Part shown: positions 1 through 7,830 of the stretch, one piece after another
Layout of the letters: each line of letters opens with the position of its first letter
Numbering within the stretch: position 1 is the stretch's first letter
Origin: Ruminococcus albus 7 = DSM 20455
GTDB lineage: Bacteria; Bacillota; Clostridia; Oscillospirales; Ruminococcaceae
Assembly (NCBI RefSeq): GCF_000179635.2
Contig: NC_014833.1
Coordinates: 1,500,001-1,532,000, forward strand
Direction of reading: 5' to 3'
DNA length: 32,000 bases
Notes under the pieces: model-generated
The model's input: the letters and a program-made list of their open reading frames with translations, nothing else
Databases searched by the model: none
What the model was told of the DNA's origin: nothing
Position numbers and translations under genes: made by a program

Positions 1-591
1 CCTTCCACCACGGTGGTGCTTGACAGTACACCCAGCGATATAAAGAAATTCGCGAGGATGCTGAAATGCTCATACGAATCGGTGAGAAAGCAGAGACTGG
101 AGGCTTTCGGCATAGTACTCAGGGACATAGGTGCATCGGTGGGCAGAGCCCTCAACAGCTATATATGCACCACACTTATAACAGGTGTTACACCGTCCTC
201 GATAGAGGGTGACGAGATAACCTATGAGGACATAGCTAAATTCTGGAGCGATATGACAGATCACGATATGGACGTTATGGTGTGCAGTCCTGCGATAATG
301 GCTGAGATACTTGCACTGCCTGAGATGAAGTTCTGCATCGGTGACTTTATGACAAGCGGCAGGATAAAGACACCCTACGGTGTGACGCTGGTGAAGTGTT
401 CGCAGATGCCTGCAAACAAGGTACTGGGCGTTGACAGCACTGCGGCGGCTGAGCTGATACTCGGCAGTGATGTGACAGTGGACAGCGACAAGCTGATAAG
501 CACGCAGATGAACGAGATAAGCTGTTCACTGCTGGCAGGTGTTACAAAGGTATGCGGTGACGCGGTGGGTGTACTGCTGACGGGTATATGA
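1..591 (+). CDS. Phage major capsid protein (HK97-fold type), C-terminal part; 5' end outside the window
   Basis: The frame is open from nt 1, so the track start at 13 is an internal GTG. The C-terminal pattern YEDIAKFWSDM...MVCSPAIMAEILAL...TPYGVTLVKCSQMP...DSDKLISTQ resembles Phage_capsid family proteins. Small head-completion-sized genes follow. Confidence 0.6.
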   Translation, partial: PSTTVVLDSTPSDIKKFARMLKCSYESVRKQRLEAFGIVLRDIGASVGRALNSYICTTLITGVTPSSIEGDEITYEDIAKFWSDMTDHDMDVMVCSPAIMAEILALPEMKFCIGDFMTSGRIKTPYGVTLVKCSQMPANKVLGVDSTAAAELILGSDVTVDSDKLISTQMNEISCSLLAGVTKVCGDAVGVLLTGI

Positions 592-658
592 CAGGAAGTA
601 TTTTTGAAAAGGGGCGGTCTTCGGACTGCCTCGCCCTACGGGGCGGAAAGGAGGACTT

Positions 659-1024
659 ATGCTCGACTTTGACAGAGTGCTGCTGTACTTTCAGCAGTTG
701 AGCGGCTGCAGGGCTGAAAAGACAGATGAAGCCGCGGTGCTGGTGATGTCGGCTATGAAGTCGGTGGAGGACAGCATTGATGAGGAAAGGATGAGATACG
801 ATGCTGTGCCTGCCTGCGAATATGCGGCTGCCTGCACAGCGGTATACGACTATGTATGCCGCGAGGCAGGACGTGAACAGAACGCGGTGACAGCATCGGG
901 GAGTGCTGATATCAACAGGGATCTCAGCCACAGGATAAAGGCGGCGGAAAAGCTGAAAGATCAGGCTATGGCGAGGATAGAATGGCTGATGCCCGAGGGC
1001 GGATTCATATTCAGGACGATGTGA
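659..1024 (+). CDS. Phage head-tail connector/adaptor-like protein (assigned by position only)
   Basis: AAGGAGG RBS just upstream of the ATG. 121 aa, directly downstream of the capsid gene. No diagnostic motif recognised. Confidence 0.45.
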   Translation: MLDFDRVLLYFQQLSGCRAEKTDEAAVLVMSAMKSVEDSIDEERMRYDAVPACEYAAACTAVYDYVCREAGREQNAVTASGSADINRDLSHRIKAAEKLKDQAMARIEWLMPEGGFIFRTM

Positions 1025-1036
1025 GGAGGAATAAAT

Positions 1037-1486
1037 ATGTGCAGGATACTTACGGACAGCCTTGGGCTGACGGGGATAAAGTCGGCGCTGAATGAGGTGC
1101 TGGAAAATGCAGGATTTACGGCTTTGGAGGAATATACTGACATTGTACTCACGGATATAGAGGGGTGCAGTGCTGTGTGGGCACTGGAGGACATAAAGCT
1201 GACGGATGCAGGCAGACGCATAGACTCGGGGGATGCGGCTGTGCTGGGAGAGATAGGGTTCAGGGTGAAGCTTATGGGTAAAACGGGAATGTTCGGAGAT
1301 CATATCACCTTTGATGACAGATGCTCGGAGGCGTGTGCAGGTGCCGCTATGATACGAAACTACGGTAGTGTCAGTGTGACGCTGGGGGCTGTAAAGAATG
1401 ATACGCAGATATGGCGGCTGGTGCGTGAGATGAGGGTAGTATTCGGGGTAAGCATGAAGCAGACCCATGAGGGGAGCGCGGTGTGA
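1037..1486 (+). CDS. Phage structural/head-completion protein, function unknown
   Basis: GAGGAGG RBS; 12 nt after the previous stop; its stop overlaps the next start. Confidence 0.5.
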   Translation: MCRILTDSLGLTGIKSALNEVLENAGFTALEEYTDIVLTDIEGCSAVWALEDIKLTDAGRRIDSGDAAVLGEIGFRVKLMGKTGMFGDHITFDDRCSEACAGAAMIRNYGSVSVTLGAVKNDTQIWRLVREMRVVFGVSMKQTHEGSAV

Positions 1487-1848
1487 TGGCATTTGAGATA
1501 GCGCCGCCTGTCAGGCATACCCTTACGGTCAGCGGACATACCCTTTATCCCGATATACTGGATATATCAAGACGGGATACCGATGTTGAGCACATTAAGG
1601 TCGGGGGAGGTATAATACACAGGACGAACGGTTCCCTTGGGCTGGAGATACTGGCGGCAGGCAGGTTCTCACCCGATGAGCGCGGTGCGGTGCAGGGAGT
1701 TATTGAGAGCTTTGTATCTGACGTACAGACCATAACGGCGGACGGCAGGAACTACGGAGGCATGATACTTCTTGAAGGGGTGCTGGCTGAAAAGGCAGGT
1801 GAGTCAGGGGGAACTTACAGGCTGAGATTCAGCGGATATGAGATATGA
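1486..1848 (+). CDS. Phage structural protein, function unknown
   Basis: The ATG at 1486 shares its A with the TGA of the upstream gene (translational coupling). The track start at 1483 is a GTG one codon earlier. Confidence 0.5.
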   Translation: MAFEIAPPVRHTLTVSGHTLYPDILDISRRDTDVEHIKVGGGIIHRTNGSLGLEILAAGRFSPDERGAVQGVIESFVSDVQTITADGRNYGGMILLEGVLAEKAGESGGTYRLRFSGYEI

Positions 1849-1869
1849 TCACAGTATAAGGAGGAGAGC

Positions 1870-2823
1870 ATGATGCACTGTTATGTAACGCTGGGAGTAA
1901 AAAACGGAGACAGGGTGGTGATGAAGGGGCTGGATGAGTGTACGGCATTCGTATACGAAAAGGCGCTGTATGTGCCGTACACAAGGTTCAGCGGTACTTT
2001 TTATGAGGACGGTGAGCCTGATATATCCGCGGAGGACGTGGTGAGCGTAAGGGTGTGGATAGGCAGCAGCGAGATACATCACGGTCTGGCGGATGAGATA
2101 AGGATAGAGCATACAGGCAGGGGTCACAGCATAAGGGTGTATTCAAGAGGGTACACTCTGCTGCTGGCACAGAACCAGCCTTATCCCAGGATAAACAGCA
2201 ACGTTACGCTGAAAACTCTGTGCGAGGACAATCTTTCATCCCCGTATATAAGCTATGAAGACCCTACGCCTGAGGTGGGCAATATATATGTAAACGAGGG
2301 TTCTACAGTATGGGAGGCGGCTATAGCCTACTGCATCAAAGCCAGTGGGTATTTCCCGTTCATAAAGGGGAAGAACATGGTGAGGATGACAGCAGGTACA
2401 CAGAGGACGGTGGACTATTCGGGGGCGGTGATGCTCAGTCAGGTGAGTATGCTTGACAGCAGATATCTGCTGTCGGATGTGTACATGAAGGAACTGGGAG
2501 ACACGTATCCATACGAAGCCCATGACCCTGCGGCGGCTGAAATGGGTATAGTCCGCACAAGGTACTATCCGCTGGATATGCAGTGGCTATATGATCCGCA
2601 GGTGGGGCTTCAGCACAGGCTGGACTATTCTAACAAGGGAGTGAGGAAAATGGGTATAAAATACCTTGGCTGGCTTGGTGAGGATATTATGGACAAGGCT
2701 CATGGTGCGGACATGATCGAAGGAAAGAATATAAACTATATAAAGGCTGAGGGCAGCAGAAAAGGCATCACAACAACTGTGTTGTGCTATGATGACAGAT
2801 ACGGTCAGAAGGAGGTGCGCTGA
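1870..2823 (+). CDS. Phage structural protein (317 aa; possibly tail or baseplate related)
   Basis: AAGGAGGAG RBS at 1858-1866. Largest gene of the block; no motif I can name with confidence. Confidence 0.5.
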   Translation: MMHCYVTLGVKNGDRVVMKGLDECTAFVYEKALYVPYTRFSGTFYEDGEPDISAEDVVSVRVWIGSSEIHHGLADEIRIEHTGRGHSIRVYSRGYTLLLAQNQPYPRINSNVTLKTLCEDNLSSPYISYEDPTPEVGNIYVNEGSTVWEAAIAYCIKASGYFPFIKGKNMVRMTAGTQRTVDYSGAVMLSQVSMLDSRYLLSDVYMKELGDTYPYEAHDPAAAEMGIVRTRYYPLDMQWLYDPQVGLQHRLDYSNKGVRKMGIKYLGWLGEDIMDKAHGADMIEGKNINYIKAEGSRKGITTTVLCYDDRYGQKEVR

Positions 2824-3140
2824 TGCTGATAGCTGTAAATGACTGCGGAAGGGTATCTCTGCCGCGGGGGAATGTGCTGGGTCATACCGATGAGAACAGG
2901 CTGAGGGTGCACAGGATCATCCACCCGAAGTTTGAAAACGCTTACTATAACCTGATACTCGAATCGGGCGGTGTACAGAAGGTGCTGCAGATAGTTGACG
3001 GTACAGTGACGGTGGAAAGATCTGCAATTGCCGCGGCAGGTGAGGTAAATGCTCAGTTCCGCGCAGTGGTTATGGACGGCGTTGAAGTTTGCGTGTTCAG
3101 ATCGGATATATTCAAACTCAAAGTTCTCCCGTCCCTTTAG
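2823..3140 (+). CDS. Phage protein (105 aa); weak resemblance to the N-terminal domain of baseplate-upper/tail-fibre proteins, possibly truncated
   Basis: ATG overlaps the preceding TGA. The segment GHTDENRLRVHRII...LQIVDGTVTVE...GEVNAQFRAV loosely recalls BppU-N-like domains. The gene is much shorter than such proteins usually are. Confidence 0.35.
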   Translation: MLIAVNDCGRVSLPRGNVLGHTDENRLRVHRIIHPKFENAYYNLILESGGVQKVLQIVDGTVTVERSAIAAAGEVNAQFRAVVMDGVEVCVFRSDIFKLKVLPSL

Positions 3141-3253
3141 GCAGATAAGTAATAAAGCCCGAACGTCAGGCGGGTGATTCCCCAAACCCCGAAAACTTCT
3201 ATTTCTTTTGGGCAGTGGGCAGCTTATTTATATAAATAAAAACAAAAGGCAGG

Positions 3254-3283
3254 GGGTAGCTATGATCGCAAACATAGCTACCC
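3254..3283 (-). terminator. Hairpin with an 11-bp stem followed by a T-rich tract on the minus strand
   Basis: gggtagctatg (3254-3264) pairs with catagctaccc (3273-3283). The minus-strand downstream sequence reads ctgccttttgttttt. Confidence 0.45.
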
Positions 3284-3346
3284 TCTGCACAAAAGAGTTA
3301 AAAGTCTGTTTGGAACTGCAAAGGCAAAGCTTTTGCAGACGGATCT

Positions 3347-3380
3347 GTTGGATAACTTTTCTTCAGAAAAGTTATCCAAC
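3347..3380. repeat. Perfect 15-bp inverted repeat with a 4-nt loop
   Basis: gttggataacttttc-ttca-gaaaagttatccaac, 33 nt downstream of the lipoprotein stop. No U-tract on either strand. Confidence 0.8.
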
Positions 3381-3412
3381 GATAAATAATATAACGTTCT
3401 ATATTTTGGTTA

Positions 3413-4810
3413 TTAATATGGCGCTTCGATGTTGGGGTCGGTATAATCGGGGGCGGGAGTTACTACTGGATCCTGGATGCCGGGATCGGGGGTGTTGGGA
3501 TCGTATGGATCGACGTTGCCGCCCTGATCGGAAATATCGGTATCAATAATGCCGGGGTCGGTATTATCGGGGATACCGGTATCTATAACTGAGGGGTCGC
3601 TCCAGGTGGTATCACTTGTCACGGGGTTGCCGTTTGCATCGGTGACGATATCAGCCCAGTCGGTAGATCCTGCCTGACTGGTTGAAGCTTCGGTAGTAGT
3701 CCAGTAGACTGTACCTGAGGTAGTGGTAGTCAACTGAGAAGATGAATCATCCTTGGGACGTTCCTCCTCGATGATATCGCCTACCTGTATAACGCCCCAG
3801 AAGTCATTCTGTTTTACCCATGCTCTGCCGTTGTTTATGGGACGTGCCTGAGAGAACTCACCTGCACGTACTACCTGTTCGCCTGAGAAATCGTAGTAGC
3901 TGTAATAGCCGTCTTTGTAAACGGGCACATAGTCATCACAGAAAAGGTATGGGTGAACAACGTTGGGGTCATCGGTCATCATGCCGTTGTATGCGTTGGG
4001 GTCGCCGTCGCAGATGAAATCAATAACGGTATTGCCGTCGGCATCGAGGTAGCCCCACTTGTCCTCCTCGTTCCTGAAAGCGATGAGGGTAGAGCCTGCG
4101 CCCTTGTATAAAGGAGCGTAGCTGGCGGTATATATCATCTCGGTAAGGAGCTCACCGTTTTTGGCAAGACCGCATAAAGCATCCTCGGGAACGGAAACTT
4201 CAGGATTGCCGTAGTCATCCATTTCCACATTTGCCTCAGTAACGGCTACTGCCTTTTTGCCTGTATACTCAGTAACATTTTTGCTTCCGAGTTTGCCCTC
4301 GAATACCTTCTGTGACTTTATATCAAGGTAGTAAACAGGGGTGGTGTAATCGGTGTGGGCAGGATAAGAGGTCACCTTTTTATCCTTATCCAGAGTGCAG
4401 TACTCGTATTCATTGTTGCGTTCATCGATTATGTTCACAAGTACTATCTCACCGCAGGGGCAAATATAGTAGTCATCGTAGGCAGGCTTTACCACGTAGT
4501 TGCCTGCGTAGTCGATAAGACCGTACTTGCTGTTATACCTGACAACTGAGTAGTTGAGGTATGTACGGTTATCGGCAGTATCGGGGTCTATCCTGCTGGC
4601 ATCGAATGAGATTATATTATCAGCCTGTATAGACGGCTTTATCAGCCAGCTGTATATCTGTTCGGTATCGTTATTTTCGGTGATGTTGAAGTTGTAGGTG
4701 TTTGACATATCGTCGCTGCCGCTGTTTTTGGTTGAACCCGGGAAAGTGCAGCCTGTGAATATCAATGCTGATGCTGCCGCAGCTATGGCACTGCGAAATA
4801 ATTTGTTCAT
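3413..4810 (-). CDS. WG-repeat (KWG/WG_beta_rep-like) lipoprotein with an Asp/Pro/Thr-rich C-terminal tail
   Basis: Start trimmed to the ATG at 4810 behind AGGAGG. Signal peptide plus lipobox MNKLFRSAIAAAASALIFTGC. Repeated motifs KYGLIDYAGNYVVKPAYDD, KWGYLDADGNTVIDF and FWGVIQVGD. The last 100 aa or so are low-complexity D/P/T. Confidence 0.7.
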   Translation of the reverse strand: MNKLFRSAIAAAASALIFTGCTFPGSTKNSGSDDMSNTYNFNITENNDTEQIYSWLIKPSIQADNIISFDASRIDPDTADNRTYLNYSVVRYNSKYGLIDYAGNYVVKPAYDDYYICPCGEIVLVNIIDERNNEYEYCTLDKDKKVTSYPAHTDYTTPVYYLDIKSQKVFEGKLGSKNVTEYTGKKAVAVTEANVEMDDYGNPEVSVPEDALCGLAKNGELLTEMIYTASYAPLYKGAGSTLIAFRNEEDKWGYLDADGNTVIDFICDGDPNAYNGMMTDDPNVVHPYLFCDDYVPVYKDGYYSYYDFSGEQVVRAGEFSQARPINNGRAWVKQNDFWGVIQVGDIIEEERPKDDSSSQLTTTTSGTVYWTTTEASTSQAGSTDWADIVTDANGNPVTSDTTWSDPSVIDTGIPDNTDPGIIDTDISDQGGNVDPYDPNTPDPGIQDPVVTPAPDYTDPNIEAPY

Positions 4811-4929
4811 TTTATATCCTCCTAACGTTCTGTACACGGGTAATATATATCTGTGCGCAGATCGCCGCCTTTGATTATCAAAGGCGACTGTCCATATTTA
4901 TGTATTTCATAATAAAACATCCACATTTA

Positions 4930-4958
4930 ATTATATACCATTACACCATTTATGTCAA
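4930..4958 (-). promoter_or_regulatory. SigA-type promoter (TTGACA-17-TATAAT) for the WG-repeat lipoprotein gene
   Basis: The minus strand reads TTGACAtaaatggtgtaatggtaTATAAT. This leaves a leader of roughly 115 nt that contains a 9-bp hairpin (cgcctttga-tta-tcaaaggcg, about 4863-4883). Confidence 0.5.
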
Positions 4959-5124
4959 TATTTCGGGGGCGGTATGCAAGATGAAATTTTTATCACATTA
5001 TGGATAGATTTTAAGGTTTTTTGCACAAATGACTTTTGTAAAACAAAATACGGTCATCACGGTAGCTTACCGCGCTATACCCCCTTTGATGAGGGGGATG
5101 ACATTCAACAGAATATCCCTACAA

Positions 5125-5162
5125 CAAAAAAAGGACGCTGCCGCGTGAGTGCGGTAACGTCC
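5125..5162 (-). terminator. Rho-independent terminator of the XRE/S24-like gene
   Basis: GC-rich stem ggacgctgccgc/gcggtaacgtcc followed on the minus strand by T8 (A-run 5125-5132 on the plus strand). Confidence 0.8.
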
Positions 5163-5172
5163 GTAATATCTG

Positions 5173-5712
5173 TCAGGTCATTTTTCTGCGTATCTCACAT
5201 ACCCTGCCGATGATGCGAAGACCAAGTTCGGCGGAGTCCTTGCGTGGGTCGGAGAACTCACGGAAATACACCCTGTCGGGAGTACCCTCTTTAACAACGG
5301 CATAGAGTCCTGCTGTGCTTATCTCATCTATACTTACAAGCAGATAATCACCGAACATTACGAACGGACGGTTCTTATCATCGCGGCATATATAGAAACG
5401 GTAGCTGCCGTGTTCGGTATTGGCATATTCCTCGCCCCACTGATTGGAGGGGTCATCGGCACTGAAAACGGGCACCTTATGGATATCGTTATCATTGCTG
5501 CTGCTGCCTGTGCTTTCGTATCCCAGCAGTGCGCCCTTGGTAGTGCCCAGCGCCTGTGCGAGTATGGAAAGCTTATCCTCACGGGGCTTGAATTTACCCG
5601 AAAGATACTGACTTATAAATGATTTTGAAATACCAGTACGCTTGCTGAGCTCAGCCTGAGTGAGGGAGCGTTCAGCCATGGCGGTACGGAGATTTTCAGC
5701 AAATGAACTCAT
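5173..5712 (-). CDS. XRE-family HTH regulator with a LexA/cI-like (S24-like) C-terminal domain
   Basis: N-terminal HTH LTQAELSKRTGISKSFISQYLSGK. The C-terminal VPVF...FGDYLLV...IIGRV lines up with the LexA/cI beta-domain. Confidence 0.75.
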   Translation of the reverse strand: MSSFAENLRTAMAERSLTQAELSKRTGISKSFISQYLSGKFKPREDKLSILAQALGTTKGALLGYESTGSSSNDNDIHKVPVFSADDPSNQWGEEYANTEHGSYRFYICRDDKNRPFVMFGDYLLVSIDEISTAGLYAVVKEGTPDRVYFREFSDPRKDSAELGLRIIGRVCEIRRKMT

Positions 5713-5761
5713 ATTTCTGTACCCCCTTATATATTTATGTTCAGAAAATCTTATCAGATAT

Positions 5762-5790
5762 ATTATACCATATTATGAAAAAAAGGTCAA
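5762..5790 (-). promoter_or_regulatory. SigA-type promoter (TTGACC-17-TATAAT with TG extension) for the XRE/S24-like gene
   Basis: The minus strand reads TTGACCtttttttcataatatggTATAAT. Confidence 0.5.
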
Positions 5791-5824
5791 GTAGATAATT
5801 GCTTAATATTAACCGATCATTTAA

Positions 5825-5858
5825 CAAAAAAGCAGTATAGTCGTGGGGCTATACTGCT
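5825..5858 (-). terminator. Rho-independent terminator of the secreted-protein (pseudo)gene
   Basis: Stem agcagtatag/ctatactgct followed on the minus strand by a T-run. Confidence 0.8.
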
Positions 5859-5876
5859 ATGGTTTCAGGGGTGGTG

Positions 5877-6673
5877 TCAGGGTATCCAGGAAATCTCAAA
5901 TTTGTAAAGTCCTTCTTCATTATCGATTCCGAAAACATATCCGCTGTCATACTTAGGTGTTTTCTCGGATACGATTGTATAATGATAGCCTGCATCATCA
6001 TAATTAGGTTCACCACTGTTTGCTACCAGTGAATCATAGGTGAGTGAACGGTCGAAAGCAAACTCAAATTCCTGTGGAATATCACGGACACCGTTAACGA
6101 GTACTGCGTGCAGACGTACTTCAATCCTTGCAAGTGTACAATCTCTCAGTTTTATTGAAGCTCCATTGGGAGTTATAAAGTACAAATCTACTAATACATA
6201 CTGATCTGAACTTTTTAATCTATAAATAGCGCACCCATAAGGGAACTGACCTCTGAAATGGTCATCAAACTGAGCATCAAAATTCATACCTGCGTGTGAA
6301 AAATCGCTGGTCTCATCTAATTCAGCGCCTGCATCGAGAAAATCCTGCAAGGTTGATACACCGACAGTCATAAGCTTGCCGTTATACTTGAAGCTTCTGT
6401 TATCAAGGTCGGCGTACTTATCGCTGAGTTCGGTGTGAACGACAGGTTCGGGTTCGGTAGTTGTGGTGGTAGTTGCCTCGGTGACAGGTGGGAGTGTGGT
6501 TACTGAAGTAGTCGTTTCCTCAGTGACGGGGGCAGTGGTGTCCTGTGTGGTTATTTCCTCAGTGAGAGCGTGCTCGGTAGCGGCAGTTGTTGTGGTATCT
6601 GCCTTACTTTCGGTAGAAGTCTTTGTGTCAGCATAGCCGCGATGACTGCGGCTGTAAGTATTTTTATCTTCAT
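5877..6673 (-). pseudogene. Secreted/anchored protein gene interrupted by a frameshift. It has a signal-peptide start, a Thr/Glu-rich linker and a 164-aa C-terminal domain of unknown function
   Basis: GAAAGGAA RBS plus an ATG at 6673 encoding MKIKILTAAVIAAML. That frame stops after 37 codons. The long frame ending at 5877 is open back to 6692 but has no ATG/GTG/TTG upstream of 6371. The two frames differ (6673 mod 3 = 1; 6371 mod 3 = 2). Confidence 0.6.
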
Positions 6674-7056
6674 TGAAGTTCGTTCCTTTCGATTAAATAA
6701 TAGTCGCGGTTAAGCGACATTTAACAGTGTGAATTATATCACCAAAAACTGTCAAAGTCAATCGTTGTACGGCAGTATCATAGCTTTATCCAGTATTTTG
6801 TGGATATCGTACAGGTTCTTGTTTATAGTGCTTATCATTTTTTGCGGCTGATTTCCGTTTATTGCGGTCAGAGGCTGATATGTCTGCAAAATTGAGATCT
6901 GAGATGATTACAAAATTAAACGAAAAGTTAATTAGCAAGATTGTTAAGTTAATATTAGTTAATGGTATAAATTTTTGTGGGCGGTGGTATAATATATAAA
7001 TAGTGTGATTAAAATAGCCCGGCAATTGTACATTTTACAGAAATATTAATAAACTA

Positions 7057-7085
7057 TTGAAATATATGAACTTATAGTGTATAAT
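7057..7085 (+). promoter_or_regulatory. SigA-type promoter (TTGAAA-17-TATAAT) for the Hpt gene
   Basis: TTGAAAtatatgaacttatagtgTATAAT, 35 nt upstream of the start codon. Confidence 0.55.
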
Positions 7086-7119
7086 ATAATAAGATAGATA
7101 TCAGAAGGAGGTGCTTTCA

Positions 7120-7518
7120 ATGACAGAAAATGATATGCAGGAGCTTATAAAATGTGGTATTGACTATCGTGACGGACTGGAAAAGTTCATGGACGAGGAA
7201 AAACTGTATTGCGGTCTGCTGGTGAATTTTCTGACAGAGAACACTTTCGATGAAGCTGAGAGGTGCATGAAGAGCGGTGACGATGAGGGTGTCATGCGTG
7301 CTGTGCATTCTATGAAATCTGTAACGGGCACGCTTTCGATGTATGAACTTTATACACTCTGCTATGATACGGTGGATGCCCTGCGCGGCGGCGACAGGGA
7401 GAGTGCGCTTGACAGTTTCGGCAGGGCTTATGAACTCTACAAGCGGACGATAGAGTGTATAAAACGTGTAATAGTTGACGGCGGTCTGGAGTATGATAAG
7501 ATACAGGATGATGTGTGA
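7120..7518 (+). CDS. Stand-alone Hpt (histidine phosphotransfer) domain protein
   Basis: Start moved to the ATG at 7120 behind AGAAGGAGG. Phospho-His motif AVHSMKSVTGTLSM (H-x-x-K-[GS]). The length fits a four-helix bundle. Confidence 0.7.
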   Translation: MTENDMQELIKCGIDYRDGLEKFMDEEKLYCGLLVNFLTENTFDEAERCMKSGDDEGVMRAVHSMKSVTGTLSMYELYTLCYDTVDALRGGDRESALDSFGRAYELYKRTIECIKRVIVDGGLEYDKIQDDV

Positions 7519-7580
7519 TGTCATCATGCGGATAAAATGCCGGTGCTGCTGATCGCTGTATTATTTTTAGCAGATAGAAA

Positions 7581-7620
7581 GAGCGTATGCATGAGATTTT
7601 GCATACGCTCGGTTTTTATT
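7581..7620 (+). terminator. Rho-independent terminator of the Hpt gene
   Basis: Stem gagcgtatgca/tgcatacgctc followed by ggttttta. Confidence 0.8.
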
Positions 7621-7830
7621 TATCATGGTCATCCCTTTAACATACCATTACAAAGTGCTTATAACAATGAATCATCGTGTTACCGCCGAGTATTTCCGGT
7701 TCTGATATTACACCAAATTAATTGGTGTGTAAACGGGATGATCAGATTATTTATTGTTGCATTCTGATGAGATGTCGCTGTCACTAAAAGTCAGCTTTGA
7801 TGCTTAGCGGTTTAGTGGTAGTTGGTATCG

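Larger units (their letters stand above)
1..3140 (+). mobile_element. Phage-derived structural gene block (capsid plus five tightly coupled genes). Right-hand end of a prophage, prophage remnant or capsid-encoding satellite; the rest lies left of the window
   Basis: Six co-directional genes with spacers of at most 67 nt and two stop/start overlaps (TGATG at 1484-1488 and 2821-2825). The first gene looks like an HK97-fold capsid protein. The block ends at 3140, followed by hairpin-rich non-coding DNA and opposite-strand genes. Confidence 0.55.

Noticed and set aside
542-1492. 316-aa minus-strand ORF across the phage head genes
   Set aside because: It is antisense to three well-coupled plus-strand genes that have RBSs. 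Its composition is His/Arg/Ser/Pro/Cys-rich, typical of antisense translation, and it has no RBS.
3208-3549. 113-aa plus-strand ORF across the hairpin region and into the lipoprotein gene
   Set aside because: It runs through three inverted repeats and is antisense to the lipoprotein 3' end. It is Arg/Cys/Trp-rich and has no RBS.
4765-5213. Two short plus-strand ORFs (80 and 79 aa) in the lipoprotein/XRE intergenic region
   Set aside because: They overlap the lipoprotein promoter/leader and the XRE terminator. They have no RBS and are AT-rich.
1-5712. Calling a complete prophage with defined boundaries and the XRE/S24-like gene as its immunity repressor
   Set aside because: No integrase, att repeats, lysis or tail genes are visible. 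The regulator is 2 kb from the structural block, with an unrelated lipoprotein gene between them, so the link is unproven.
6786-7025. 79-aa minus-strand ORF in the AT-rich gap before the Hpt gene
   Set aside because: It is AT-rich and low-complexity, with no RBS. The region is better explained as promoter or spacer DNA.
7537-7767. 76-aa plus-strand ORF after the Hpt gene
   Set aside because: It reads straight through the Hpt terminator hairpin and has no RBS.
7774-7790. Apparent fragment of the 9.6-kb repeat family (gtcgctgtcactaaaag versus gtcgacgctgtcactgctaaag)
   Set aside because: Only about 9 contiguous identical bases are shared, which is within chance expectation for a 32-kb window.
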